Assembly (NCBI GenBank): GCA_002633005.1 | Contig: NMRA01000227.1 | Location: 241,863 to 305,862 of the forward strand | Direction of reading: 5' to 3' | DNA length: 64,000 bases | Source of the DNA: Phoronis australis | Lineage: Eukaryota > Animalia > Phoronida | Shown: positions 52,821 through 64,000 of the stretch, one piece after another | Layout of the letters: each line of letters begins with the position of its first letter | Numbering within the stretch: the stretch's first letter is position 1 | Position numbers and translations under genes: made by a program | Notes under the pieces: model-generated | Told to the model about the DNA's origin: nothing | The model's input: only the letters and a program-made list of their open reading frames with translations | Database searches by the model: none

Positions 52821-55404
52821 CTGCAACTGTATCAAAGTGACGAATTGCAGTACATTCCATTGTATTCGTTGGAAATATGAAAGCTACTTCATAATAATAT
52901 GTTTTAATTACGAACAGGTGTATATGGTACTTGACACAGAGTGTCTCGGTGTAAACGTTAGACAGCATACATAGAACTTTATTTCAGGTTTATTTTATTT
53001 CTGTCAGTTCTCTTTATCCATCACACCTGGCTAACTGTCAAAAACTTCATGATTGGAGTGAAGGTAACACACACTACCGACTACAATACCCTTGAGACAA
53101 CCAAATTCATTTTCTGATAATCTCATGTGCACAAGTCTTGAAAATAGGACCTTTAGCAATAAACTAAAATCTTGATGTACTGTGTTTAGTATCTTGTTGT
53201 GGTGAGTAGGCCTAGGTGACATCAATCACTGGACAACACAGCCATCATATACGCTAAGGGAGCGTTCAGATATCGTACGTCATTAATCGAGGGGGGGATT
53301 TGGAAAACGGATGACGTTTTATGAAAGGGGGACGGGGTTAGACTCGTGGTGATGTCATCACCTGGTTTATTAGAATATTTTCATCACAGTACATTTCGTT
53401 GGGAAACTGATTCACTATTTAGCGAAACTGACTAATTAGCAAACGGAGTTCCTCCGTTTTACACTTCCAAGGTCGTCCAGACGGGTGCATGTATTTTGTG
53501 ACGTGTCCATCTCGCATACGAAGTGTACAATTATCTGAAATTTTCATGGACGTATAATGGTAGAGCTTTCTCTCCAGTAAGATACATTGTCGTCTATGAA
53601 GCAACAACAATGCACAATTTGATTCGATGTCACCATCTTTTGTGTGCGTGTCCAGCTCGCTTGTACAAAGGATGGTTTCTGTGTCGGCGGAACCTTTTAC
53701 GACTGTGTCTGACTTGAAGAGCCCTGAGACGCGTGCCTATCTCGCTTTTTGAAGGAAGTCTCCTGGTCAAACAGTTGTAACTTGCCTGGTGGTTGTCGGT
53801 CCCACTAACCGACGGTCGTTCTGCGTTCGCTAGTAAGCTCTTTCGTTGCATCATATACCCCCAGAGAAGCCTCCCTTCGATACGTCCCCGTCTTGCTTAC
53901 GAAGGAGTCATGTCCTTGACTATACTGGCCGGGATTCGGACCGACTTTCTTTCCGTAGCGTGGTAATGTCGCATACGAAGGATTTGCTGTCGATATAACG
54001 CACTGTGTACGCCAAAGATGACTACGTTCGCTCGAAACACCTCCGCCCTTCACTGCGTGCCCATCTCGCTCAGGGAATGCTTGGTACTTACAAAGACAAC
54101 GTTCGGCGCCACGTGCAGCATCATTGTTCCACCATTTCTTTCTGTGACAGTGGATTGCTCAAATCGCCGCCACGTTTGAGAACAGGAAGACCAACAAACG
54201 GACCTTCCCTTAAGAACGTGCCAATCGCTCACACGACTATGACATCAAAGACAAAGTTACGTCATTCGCGACCATTTTTTTTCAAAAATGCACTTGTTCT
54301 AGCCCGCCCCCCTACTTGCCTACTGCATTTTTGAATATTCAGATTATCAAGATATTTCTTGTATTTAACGTAAGACTACAGACCCCTAACCAATTTCATT
54401 AATGGTCTCAGGGTTTTTCTAATTTTCCCTGAATATTTTAGTTGCCTGATTTCAGAAAATATATCCCGTCACACTCTAAGGAGAGAAATATTTGACAGTA
54501 ATGGCGATCTTCGCAACTTTCGCTTTGTCCCTTTCTCATTGCAACATTTGGAAACACTCTCGGTATTTTATTTGTCACAGCCAACGCAAGCCCATGCACC
54601 GTACAAGTCCGTCGAAAGTAAAAAAAGACTACACAGAGAAGCCACAAGTGGCGGAAACTAGTACTACCACACATTTTAAAAATCTTACCACGCACAAAAA
54701 CCTGTACCAGGAACCTGCAGTTCAACTACGTACTGAAACTCTTGCCACCGACATTTTTAGCGCAAATGAACGAAAACGCAACACAGAAATTAGGTCGTCT
54801 TTGGCTAGATCGACTGTGGTTGCATTTCCTTTTCATACCTGGTAAGAGATTTTGCGGTGAGTTGTGAGGGTGTACGGACGCAGTAATGCAGCAGTTGGTC
54901 TTCATCGTTCAGGGACTTTTGATATCAAAACACCTACTTTTGAATTGAACCATTTACATCTGTAAACTGAGCAGCAACTTGTTGTTACGCTAGTCAAAAA
55001 TTAAAGTAAGCGGGACTGGGATCGAACAGACAAGACGTTATTGCTATAGCAGGCCTGTAGCCAGCATTGCGCAGTGGGTGGTTCAAGTTTCTTGAACGGT
55101 GGACCTTTGATATTTTGCGAACGTCGACACTGTGGAGTTTTCATGACGACCCTCAGATGACGCAGCTTATAATCAGGGGGAAGGGAAGTTTGTTTCAAAA
55201 CGATGGCTCTCAGCTCTCAGTTCCAAAACGTTCTCGTGTTACTTCCTGACAAATTTCAAACCAGGCATACTTAAATGAATGATTACACCTACTCGGACAG
55301 AAACATTTAGTCGGAGAATAACTTGACAAAAATTTTTATCTAGTTACATTTTTGCGTGTTACTCAAGTTGCTTAAGTCGTTGGAAATAGGAACTGCCCAC
55401 TACT

Positions 55405-56645
55405 CATTCGGTTCGCCATTCCGAAGGTTCACTACTTCGAAGGTTCGATACTATGAATAGATCTAACTTTTTCAACTCGTGTAATTTTTGCACTTTTACA
55501 TGTATAAATGAATGATACATACACTGAACGGTGTACCGAAAATAACGCCCGGGTACTAAAAATACTTTGTTTGGATCATGCGCACGCGAAATTGCCCGCA
55601 TGTGTTACAAACACGGAAAATGAGAACATTATTGAATTTTAAACAATAAGGAGTGGGAATATTATCAACCACGATACATTCATCAAATCCATGTCAAGGT
55701 CGGAACATTTCACAGCGCGACTGAAAAGTTTATGGCCGCTGCGCCTCAACCTCACCCGGCTAAGGAACCATGCACACGGCGGGTCGAAATTAAATGTAGT
55801 TAGCAGGCTACCCTGTCCCTCCCCATTCAGTCCTCATAAATTTAAACCGTTGGTCGCTTCAGCCCAGACCCGAGCCCCACGGATTTTGTCCGTGCTTGAG
55901 GATGAGTCGTTAGTTAGATTCAAATCACGATTGCCAGTGATTAGAACCGAGCTCATTGTAAACAACGAAATCAATAAATTAAGAACTAGTTAACTTTTGC
56001 ACACCCCTTAAATGGTTGCCAAATGGACACAAATACAATAATGTCCCGAATGATATTCGTGCGTCGCAATCTCGTCACCAGAGATGAAACTAAGACCGGG
56101 TGTGCGTTCAGTAGACGCTAGGACCTACGCTAGGACTAAGCTGAAACCTAGTCAAAGTCACGTGTTCTCATTTAAAATGCACGGCAATACCTTACGTAAT
56201 CTCGCGAAATCTTGCTTTTTAGCGAGGTCCTAGCGTTACTGAACGGGAGGCGGGGTAGGCGATGTAAGGTCATTTATTATGACTCATACAATTACAAGTA
56301 AGGTCATTTATATGAATAATACAATTACAAGTAATAGGTAGTGACTAAACATAAGCAAGGTAAAAAATACTAATCTCTGGTAAGATGGGCAAACATTGCA
56401 CAAATGTGTCTTCTGGCTCTGAGCTCGGTCTTACCAGTGAATAATGGGCAAGGGTGTGAATTAGAACCTGGATATATAATAATGCTAAGCGACTCCTGGA
56501 GCTGGGCTTATATTTAAGAAAAAAAAAATAATTGCCGGAGTTCTGGTTTTGGAATTGTGGACATTCGTAGTAGTGAAATTTCGAAGGTGGCGAACCTTCG
56601 GAGTAATGGATCTTCGGAGAAGCGAACCTTCGGAATTGTGGCATC
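55405..56645. mobile_element. Non-autonomous DNA element with inverted subterminal CGAAGGTTC repeats
   Basis: CCGAAGGTTC repeats at 55420-55450 and GAACCTTCGG repeats at 56590-56635. Confidence 0.45.
56105..56245. mobile_element. Palindromic MITE family of about 140 bp; other copies at about 50590-50732, 51465-51570 and a diverged one at 11950-12090
   Basis: Termini CGTTCAGTAGACGCTAGGACCT...AGGTCCTAGCGTTACTGAACG; the core AAGTCACGTGTTCTCATTT...TAATCTCGCGAA recurs. Confidence 0.7.
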
Positions 56646-58046
56646 TAAACTTGGAAATCTTTTCCATCAAGTTATTTGCTCCGCATATGAAGTCTGTGAG
56701 GCTGTGCGCCATTGACACTGTTGACAAGAGAAGTCTATCTCCATTGACCAAAGTTTTTATTGGGTTTTCGGCCTACTTTTCCCCAAAAATGTGAACGTGC
56801 TCGTCGGTGTTTTCTCACACAGTTATAGTTAAATAGTTTTTGAGCAACGACGGAGGGCTGCCTATAGTTAACTTACACTCGGCTTCTACTGAAATTGAAA
56901 GGACGGAAACGCACACACGTGTACACGCATGCATTTCAATCCACTAATCCACAATCGAATTGGATACTGGATGAAAAACATCATGTATTTGACGAACACT
57001 TTTAATTCGAAATTTGAAAACGCCTGACCTTTACCGTACTATGCTGGCAAGCAATATCAGATAACGAATCCTTTGATGACCCCCCCCCCCGGCTACGGGC
57101 CTGTATAGTGAACTTATATTACCGTCAGCGTGTACTGACGGAAACACACACGCGTGTACACGCATGCATGTCAATCCATTCATCCGCAATCAAAGTGGAC
57201 ACTGGATGAAAAACATACACGAATTTGATGACCACTTTCTATTCAAAATTTGAAAATGCCCACACTAAGCGTATCATACTAGCAAATATACCAAAATAGC
57301 ACATAGCAAACCCATTTTCCGCCGTTTTGTTTCTTGGTCGATTTAAAGGCGTTCACACCGCATTACTTTTTGGGAGCTCTCTCGCTGCTTCACTACGTTT
57401 TAGCTATACTCATTTGCTTCTAGGACTCCCTTGTACAAGGGTACATAACGCTACGTTGTTGTAGCCACGCACGTTTAATGCCGACGAATAAAATCCTCCC
57501 TAATCGTCTGCACGATCCAGTCATCTATGCAAACACCACTCGGGCGAAGGTCGCCGGGTACGACCTGATGAATACGTGAATGAGAAGAAAATTAAAAAAT
57601 TATTACTACATTAGTTATCATTGTAGTTAGTTGTACCAGTAATTGCAACAATTTTGTTGTTGTTGTCCATCTATATCCTATCAGGCTGAGGCTGAACCTT
57701 TTCCGATATAACCCTCGAACCCCCTAATACTAACTCGAGGGGTGGGGGGGCTTCTTGGCGGCGGGCCTGCAGCAACAACTCATAAAGCAATATAAAAACT
57801 CCCCAGCTCAGTACATATTAAACCAGTGAAGAAATAACTGTAAACAACTTACCACAAGAATCAAAGTGGGTAAAAACCCGCGTTCCGTACGTAAAGAGAA
57901 CCTTTAATTTAGATTTTAAATTGGTGTAAACAGGTCTCGGCTGTATCATGAGACGTGATTTCTCAGGTTTACGAAGAGCTATAAGGTCGTTGTTACTCTG
58001 CACAAAAAAAACGACACGCCGTGACATTACAACCGTTACAACTGGA

Positions 58047-58188
58047 GTCTGGTCCCGAGCCCATTACAACTTACAAGGACTGACTGGTCCCGAGTCCATG
58101 ACAACCTACAAGGACTGGTCCCGAGCCCATTACAACTTGCAGAGACTGGTCCCGAGCCCATTATAACTTACAGAGTCTGGTCCCGAGC
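58047..58188. repeat. Tandem repeat of about 30 bp, 5 copies
   Basis: Unit CTGGTCCCGAGCCCATTACAACTTACAGAG. Confidence 0.9.
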
Positions 58189-58609
58189 AATAATGAACTG
58201 TTACTACCTTTCAAGTCCAAAAATCATACCCAAAAGACAATGACATTTTTAAAACGATTTCCTAACAGTAAGCAATCTAAATTGGAAGTTTTCGTGGTGG
58301 AAGGTGGGTTCTTAACCACAGATCAGTTGGCCGACCCGTATTTCTCACTATTGGCGTTAAAACTGATGAAATATTGTTCACTTCTTCTGTACGAAACAAT
58401 TAGTAGGGCGACTGATAACTCAAAAATGGTCTACCACTAATCTTCAGCATATTTCCAGCATGAAGATGGAGAGCGAGTGATGGTTTTGCCTGAAGTCTGT
58501 TTTCTGGGAAATTTCTTATATTCCGGCCACAACCCAGATAATTTTCAAAGCAAGTTTCGCTTACCTCATTACCCACCGTACATTACACGCTAAGCATCAA
58601 AGAGCCATA

Positions 58610-60047
58610 TAATAAACTATTGTTAATCTGTGTGTGGCCAGCATATCTGGACTGGGTAATTCGGTGTCTGCTGAGCGGAGTACCGTTAAAGGCCCTCCGC
58701 ACTACGAACCAACTTCTCCATACATATGAGACCAAGATAAAAACACCCAAGGTTTCAAAAAGTCACAAGTGTGAGGTATGGTTTTGCATGAATTTTTCTA
58801 TCATTTAAAAAAATGTCGAAAATTGCAAAGTTGTGCAGCCTCTACAATTACCCTTACTAACATTCACAATGGACAATCGTCCAGGGCGTACAACTCATGG
58901 CTCGCATGCAGAGAATCACTATATCTCCACGGACTATTGAGGCACTTGTAATATAAACAAAGTGCTTGGTATAACATGCCCCCTTTATAAAACAGTTGTC
59001 AGCCAGCATAATACACAAACTCAATTACCATACGTTTGCGCGAGCGCGCGTCTAGCATGTTGTAAAGCGAGAGGCTTTTGGGTTCACATTAACCGGTACA
59101 GGTAGCGGAATGATGCCTCTACATATTTCAAGAATCTGGGGTAGGGTTGTTGACAATCACTTGAAAACCCCTCCCCCACCTGATACACCGATGTAATTCA
59201 TAATTTTTATAAATCACCGACCACAGAGCTTACCCTAGACCAGTGAACATCGCTAAGCAATAAGGGATGAACTGATAAATGTTTATCAGATCAGCAGTGN
59301 ACACGTGTTGTTTCACTGTAAACTAGCTTCGGTATCGCTTCGCAGTTAGCGCATATAAAATAAACTATTGTTAATCTGTGTGTGGCCAGCATATCTGGAC
59401 TGGGTAATTCGGTGTCTGCTGAGCGGAGTACCGTTAAAGGCCCTCTGCACTACGAACCAACTTCTCCATACATATGAGACCAAGATAAAAACACCCAAGG
59501 TTTCAAAAAGTCACAAGTGTGAGGTATGGTTTTGCATGATTTTTTCTATCAATTAAAAAATGTCGAAAATCGCAAAGTTGTGCAGCCTCTACAATTACCC
59601 TTACTAACATTCACAATGGACAATCGTCCAGGGCGTACAACTCATGGCTCGCATGCAGAGAATCACTATATCTCCACGGACTATTGAGGCACTTGTAATA
59701 TAAACAACGTGCTTGGTATAACATGCCCCCTTTATAAAACAGTTGTCAGCCAGCATAATACACAAACTCAATTACCATACGTTTGCGCGAGCGCGCGTCT
59801 AGCGTGTTGTAAAGCGAGAGGCTTTTGGGTTCACATTAACCGGTACAGGTAGCGGAATGATGCCTCTACATATTTCAAGAATCTGGGGTAGGGTTGTTGA
59901 CAATCACTTGAAAACCCCTCCCCCACCTGATACACCGATGTAATTCATAATTTTTATAAATCACCGACCACAGAGCTTACCCTAGACCAGTGAACATCGC
60001 TAAGCAATAAGGGATGAACTGATAAATGTTTATCAGATCAGCAGTGA
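58610..60047. other. Duplication of about 690 bp across an N (59300); probable assembly artefact
   Basis: 58610-59299 matches 59358-60047 with a few SNPs; 57 bp of unique sequence follows the N. Confidence 0.8.
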
Positions 60048-61214
60048 TCTCATGAACGACATGAAAGAGTAGAGAGAACACAAATATTAATGGCCATTAT
60101 CTTTTATTCACCTTCAATATCAAAATGTAACAATAAGCACTGTTGATCAACACAGAGTGTCCCAAAAATGCACTTACACCTCAGTACAATACCGGGAGCT
60201 CAAATTCACGAGTTCTTATTGTATGATTATACCTTACTGTGAAAGCAGGGGCGTGACCCATCGCCTGCCTGTCATGCATCAGAATGACCAATAAATGGCC
60301 CAGTTTTGGAGAAGTAAAATGTGCAATCCTATTTGTAAATGTGACCTAAAGATAATTAATCTTCTTTCTAATTTAATGAACAATGAAAATATTTCAGTTT
60401 AAAGACTTAATGCTTTTTTGATCACACCTTCTCGAATATAAACCAGTAATCTTGTTCTTAAGTTGATGACCATTCTAGTTTCTGTTTTTGAAGTGTGAGA
60501 ACATTTTAAAGACATCCTGCATATCATAAAAATCTGAGCACTTGGTGCAATACAACAGAAAAGGTTTACAAAAATATTGTTTTTGTTAAACAACAAAATG
60601 CAACAAGTGAGATTTCAATCTTAATATAAGTAATGAGATTGCACATATGACCATCCAATTCAGACATCACAAATCAGAAATGGCATTAGCAAGAAGAAAG
60701 ATGTACATTTTGATATTTTGGTTATAGTGATGCCATAACAACGTGTAAAAGCGCTTTAGACCCACACGGTCACAGTGCATTGTATGGAGAATCATTCACA
60801 ACTTCATTTTCTCAGTTTTGGAAACTGAAATATTTCACAAACAATTATGTTTGTGATTATGATCACAGTTCAGGTTTTCAAGCCTACAACATATATTGTT
60901 TAAACCAAGCCTAACACAAGACAGTATAGCTTTGATATCAAAAAAGAATCAATTTCATTTTGCAAAAACAGTATGAATCACAAACCACCAAGTGGATTAA
61001 AATGCACCTTAATGAGCCGACTACTGAATTACAGTCAAACAATAGGAGAAAAAAAATTGCCATAACATGACCCAGGAAACATGTTTGCTGACAAAACGGT
61101 AATCATTCATAAAAACTACCTAGGTTTCGCTATCCTGGGTACACAATAAACTGTGACCATTCACTTGAAAAATCAAGGCATCGCTTTGTTGGGTACACGA
61201 GAAACTGACACCAT

Positions 61215-61505
61215 TCACTTGAAGAATCTAGGCTTCGCTATGCTGGGCACATGATCTCTTAGTAGATGAAGCATCACTGACTGCAAAAAAGAATTAGCCA
61301 AGTTCTTAATTTTTAAACTGCCTAACACAAAAAGAGTCTGGAAAGAATTATGTGAGATCACAAGTAGTAATTTATTATAATAATAATTAATTATATATAA
61401 ATTACTATTTGTGATCTCACTTAATTCTTTCCAGACTCTAATAATAATAATAATAATAATAAATAATGATAATAATAAATAATAATAATAATTATTATAG
61501 CAAAC

Positions 61506-61537
<32 letters not shown>

Positions 61538-63977
61538 TGATAATAATAAATAATAATAATTATTATTATAGCACACATAATAATTATTTTATTATTATTA
61601 TCATTGTTGTTGTTGTTATAATAATAATTATTATAGCACACATAATTATTATTATTTTATTATTATTATTTTATTATTATTTTATTATTATTGTTATAAT
61701 TATTATAGCACACAAATAAGTTAAATAATTAAAGCTGCACTTTGCTCTGGCTAAAAAGTTGGTCTGACATGATTCTATTTGTAATTAGAAGTTTGGCCTG
61801 TTTCACAACAACTAATGCTTTATCACTGTACAGTTAACATTGTACAGTTTACGCTGTTGTTGATCTAAGGTCCTGTTGTGTGCAGTAGATCATTTACTGC
61901 ATTAATGATGGCTTCACAGCAATAAAACACTAGTTAAAAAGTTTAATTTACTGTGGACTAAACTGGTGATTTTTGGAACAGTTTGGCTCCTGAAACTAAA
62001 CTAGTTGTAAGAAAGTTAATTTAGGATCATTTTTATCCAAAGAAATACTAACAATAAAAATTAGCCAAAATAGATGTGTTAGCTTTCGGTTCTCTGGTGC
62101 CCGATTATGAATGGTTTTAGTAACTTTTTGAACTGCAGTAGGTAATTGGCCTGCCAATCTTCATGTGGGACAAAAGAGCACAGTAGCGCTTAACAATGGA
62201 CTAGCTTGACAGCTAGACACCAATTTAGAAACCGCTGTGATTTAAAGTTGGAGGTTTTTGTAATGATTGCCAATAGGTACATCATAGACATCCGTCACTC
62301 ATAAAAATGCTTCAGAGATTATTAGGATTGGCCATTTTCAAAATTGCAGACTTGAGAAAGTCACAGATGCACCTTGCCTGGGCACAGGTGCACCTTGCCT
62401 GGGCACAGGAGCACTTTGCCTGGGCACAGGTGCACCTCGCCAGGGCACAGGTGCACCTCACCTGTGACTTGAGTTGCTGGCTCATTCGACAATAACTAAA
62501 GATGGAAGAGCACTTTGGTTACGAATTCATCATTGACACCTAAAGATGGGTGAAATGCACCTTTAACAGTTAACGCTGACATCCTTGTTTCTGAATGGAC
62601 AGATTTCAGTGGGTTAATGCTGAATATAAAAGATTTCAATGTTATAAAACTAAATACAAAAAAAGTAAGGTTAACATTTAAAAAAAATTTTCAACACATT
62701 TAAACTCACCCACAAACTATTTTAGAGAGCTGCCAGCACCGTGTGACTATTCTCTGTAATTCCTGTTGAGCCTACGCCACAACAAATATATATCTCATGC
62801 TAGTACAGAATTGTCTATTTTTCACTCACCATAACCGTCCATTTTCTGTTCTCAGCCTCAGGAAACACTAACGAACGACGGTCATAAAAGACATCATCAT
62901 CCACCTCTTCCTGTTTCCGTGGTAAACAATGTAAGAACACCCAGTTGGGGTCAGCACGCCCGATCATCTGTATAATATGACAGTCTGAGTAGATAGACAT
63001 TACAAGATGGAGGAGACAAACCTCAAAAATGGAGTTACACGTTGGTAATGTACAATTGTACTATTTAAGAACTTTTTACATGTTATTTTTACAGTTTACT
63101 TTAAGTTACATATCACTCTGTTTAGCTGGCTAAAAACAAAAATAGAATTATGCGTACATGCACCATTTTCAAATTTGCAATTTTAGGTTTGGCCAGCTAA
63201 ACAAGGTGAAATGCAATTATAGTACTTTAATTAATTTACAGACGTCACAAACAACCAATCTGAGTGTTGCTATTTTCCTGAAACTAGCCTATGAGTTGTT
63301 TAAAATAATAAAAATCTCTTCAACAAAGTTACAATTTTTCTACACAAGTGAATGTAAACAAATTAAAAACATTAACAGGGTTTAAATGTACATCTTCCTA
63401 CAGCGGGGCTCGACATATACGAGTACAAGCTCAGAAGTACGAGTAGAAAAAAGTAAAATAAAAGTAGGAAATTGACCTCACTCGTATTGACCTCACTCGT
63501 ATTGACCTCACTCGTATTGACATCACTCGTATTGACATCACTCGTATTGACCTCACTCGTATTATTCAAATGAATGAGGAGCTGACGTTCAGCATTCTTT
63601 TTTTGGTTGCCACTCTTTTTATGAGTCCAAATACAGAAATATGAGTGCAGAATATGCCATCACTCGTATTTTTGAGTGGCCATTTTTGCCTGTGTCAGGC
63701 GGTGTACAAGATAGTAATATTTTCAGAGCAATGACAACTGTCCACACTTATTTACACAACGTAATCCTACAACCTGTCGGTTGACTTGGTAACCATCAAA
63801 GTCTTTCATTCGCTTTTCCTTTTCATGTTCCACCCCCATGCTGATCCAGGTATCAGTCACTATGACGTGAGCGCCCTCTACTGCCTCTGTGGGGACATTG
63901 GTTAACTTCAGTGAAGTTTTGTGTTCAGATGCAAGTTGGAGAGCATGCTGAGTTATCTCTGAATCTGCTTCATAGCC
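61215..63977 (-). CDS. OTC: Ornithine carbamoyltransferase, last three exons; 5'-partial
   Basis: Exons 63977-63774 (GYEAD...[11 protein letters not shown]...FDGYQV), 62967-62830 ([20 protein letters not shown]...[13 protein letters not shown]) and 61280-61215 (SVMLHLL...KPRFFK*). The DxxxSMG and HCLP ornithine-binding motifs are present. Confidence 0.96.
61333..61720. repeat. Hairpin with arms of about 42 bp followed by an (AAT)n/(ATT)n microsatellite in the last OTC intron
   Basis: AGAGTCTGGAAAGAATTATGTGAGATCACAA pairs with TTGTGATCTCACTTAATTCTTTCCAGACTCT; AAT then ATT tracts at 61440-61720. Confidence 0.85.
62368..62465. repeat. 20-bp tandem repeat, about 5 copies
   Basis: Unit CACCTTGCCTGGGCACAGGT(G). 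Confidence 0.9.
63471..63562. repeat. 15-bp tandem repeat, 6 copies
   Basis: Unit ATTGACCTCACTCGT. Confidence 0.9.
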
Positions 63978-64000
63978 CTGAAAGAAGCAGCACTAGTAGC

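Noticed and set aside
58620-59556. Two near-identical 62-aa ORFs as a duplicated gene
   Set aside because: They lie in the N-linked duplication, have non-ATG starts and carry no recognisable motif.
61537-61719. Hydrophobic Ile-rich ORF
   Set aside because: It is a translation of the AAT/ATT microsatellite.
62710-62771. Possible extra OTC exon (AG...GTGAG)
   Set aside because: At 62 nt it would shift the frame, and the flanking exons already join to a canonical OTC C-terminus.

Overview
AT-rich, intron-rich animal genomic DNA, probably from a marine invertebrate (inference). Four protein-coding genes were reconstructed by hand from GT-AG junctions. Two MPPED-family metallophosphoesterase paralogues sit head-to-head: copy A on the minus strand runs off the left edge, and copy B on the plus strand is complete (5 exons, about 311 aa). 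A complete RPGR orthologue lies on the minus strand (about 21 coding exons, about 781 aa), with an RCC1-like propeller, an Asp/Glu- and Lys-rich tail split over many small exons, a terminal CaaX (CNIL) and RFX X-boxes upstream. The last three exons of ornithine carbamoyltransferase (OTC) lie on the minus strand at the right edge; RPGR and OTC are also neighbours in human. Introns and intergenic DNA carry a decayed Gypsy element with atypical TA...TA ends, an L1/Tx1 fragment flanked by a roughly 135-bp direct repeat, an RLE-type LINE relic, many MITEs and foldback elements, and many minisatellites, several anchored on exon boundaries. Three duplications next to single Ns look like assembly artefacts. 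I found no evidence of a wholly new biological system. The most interesting signals concern gene architecture, synteny and transposon structure.
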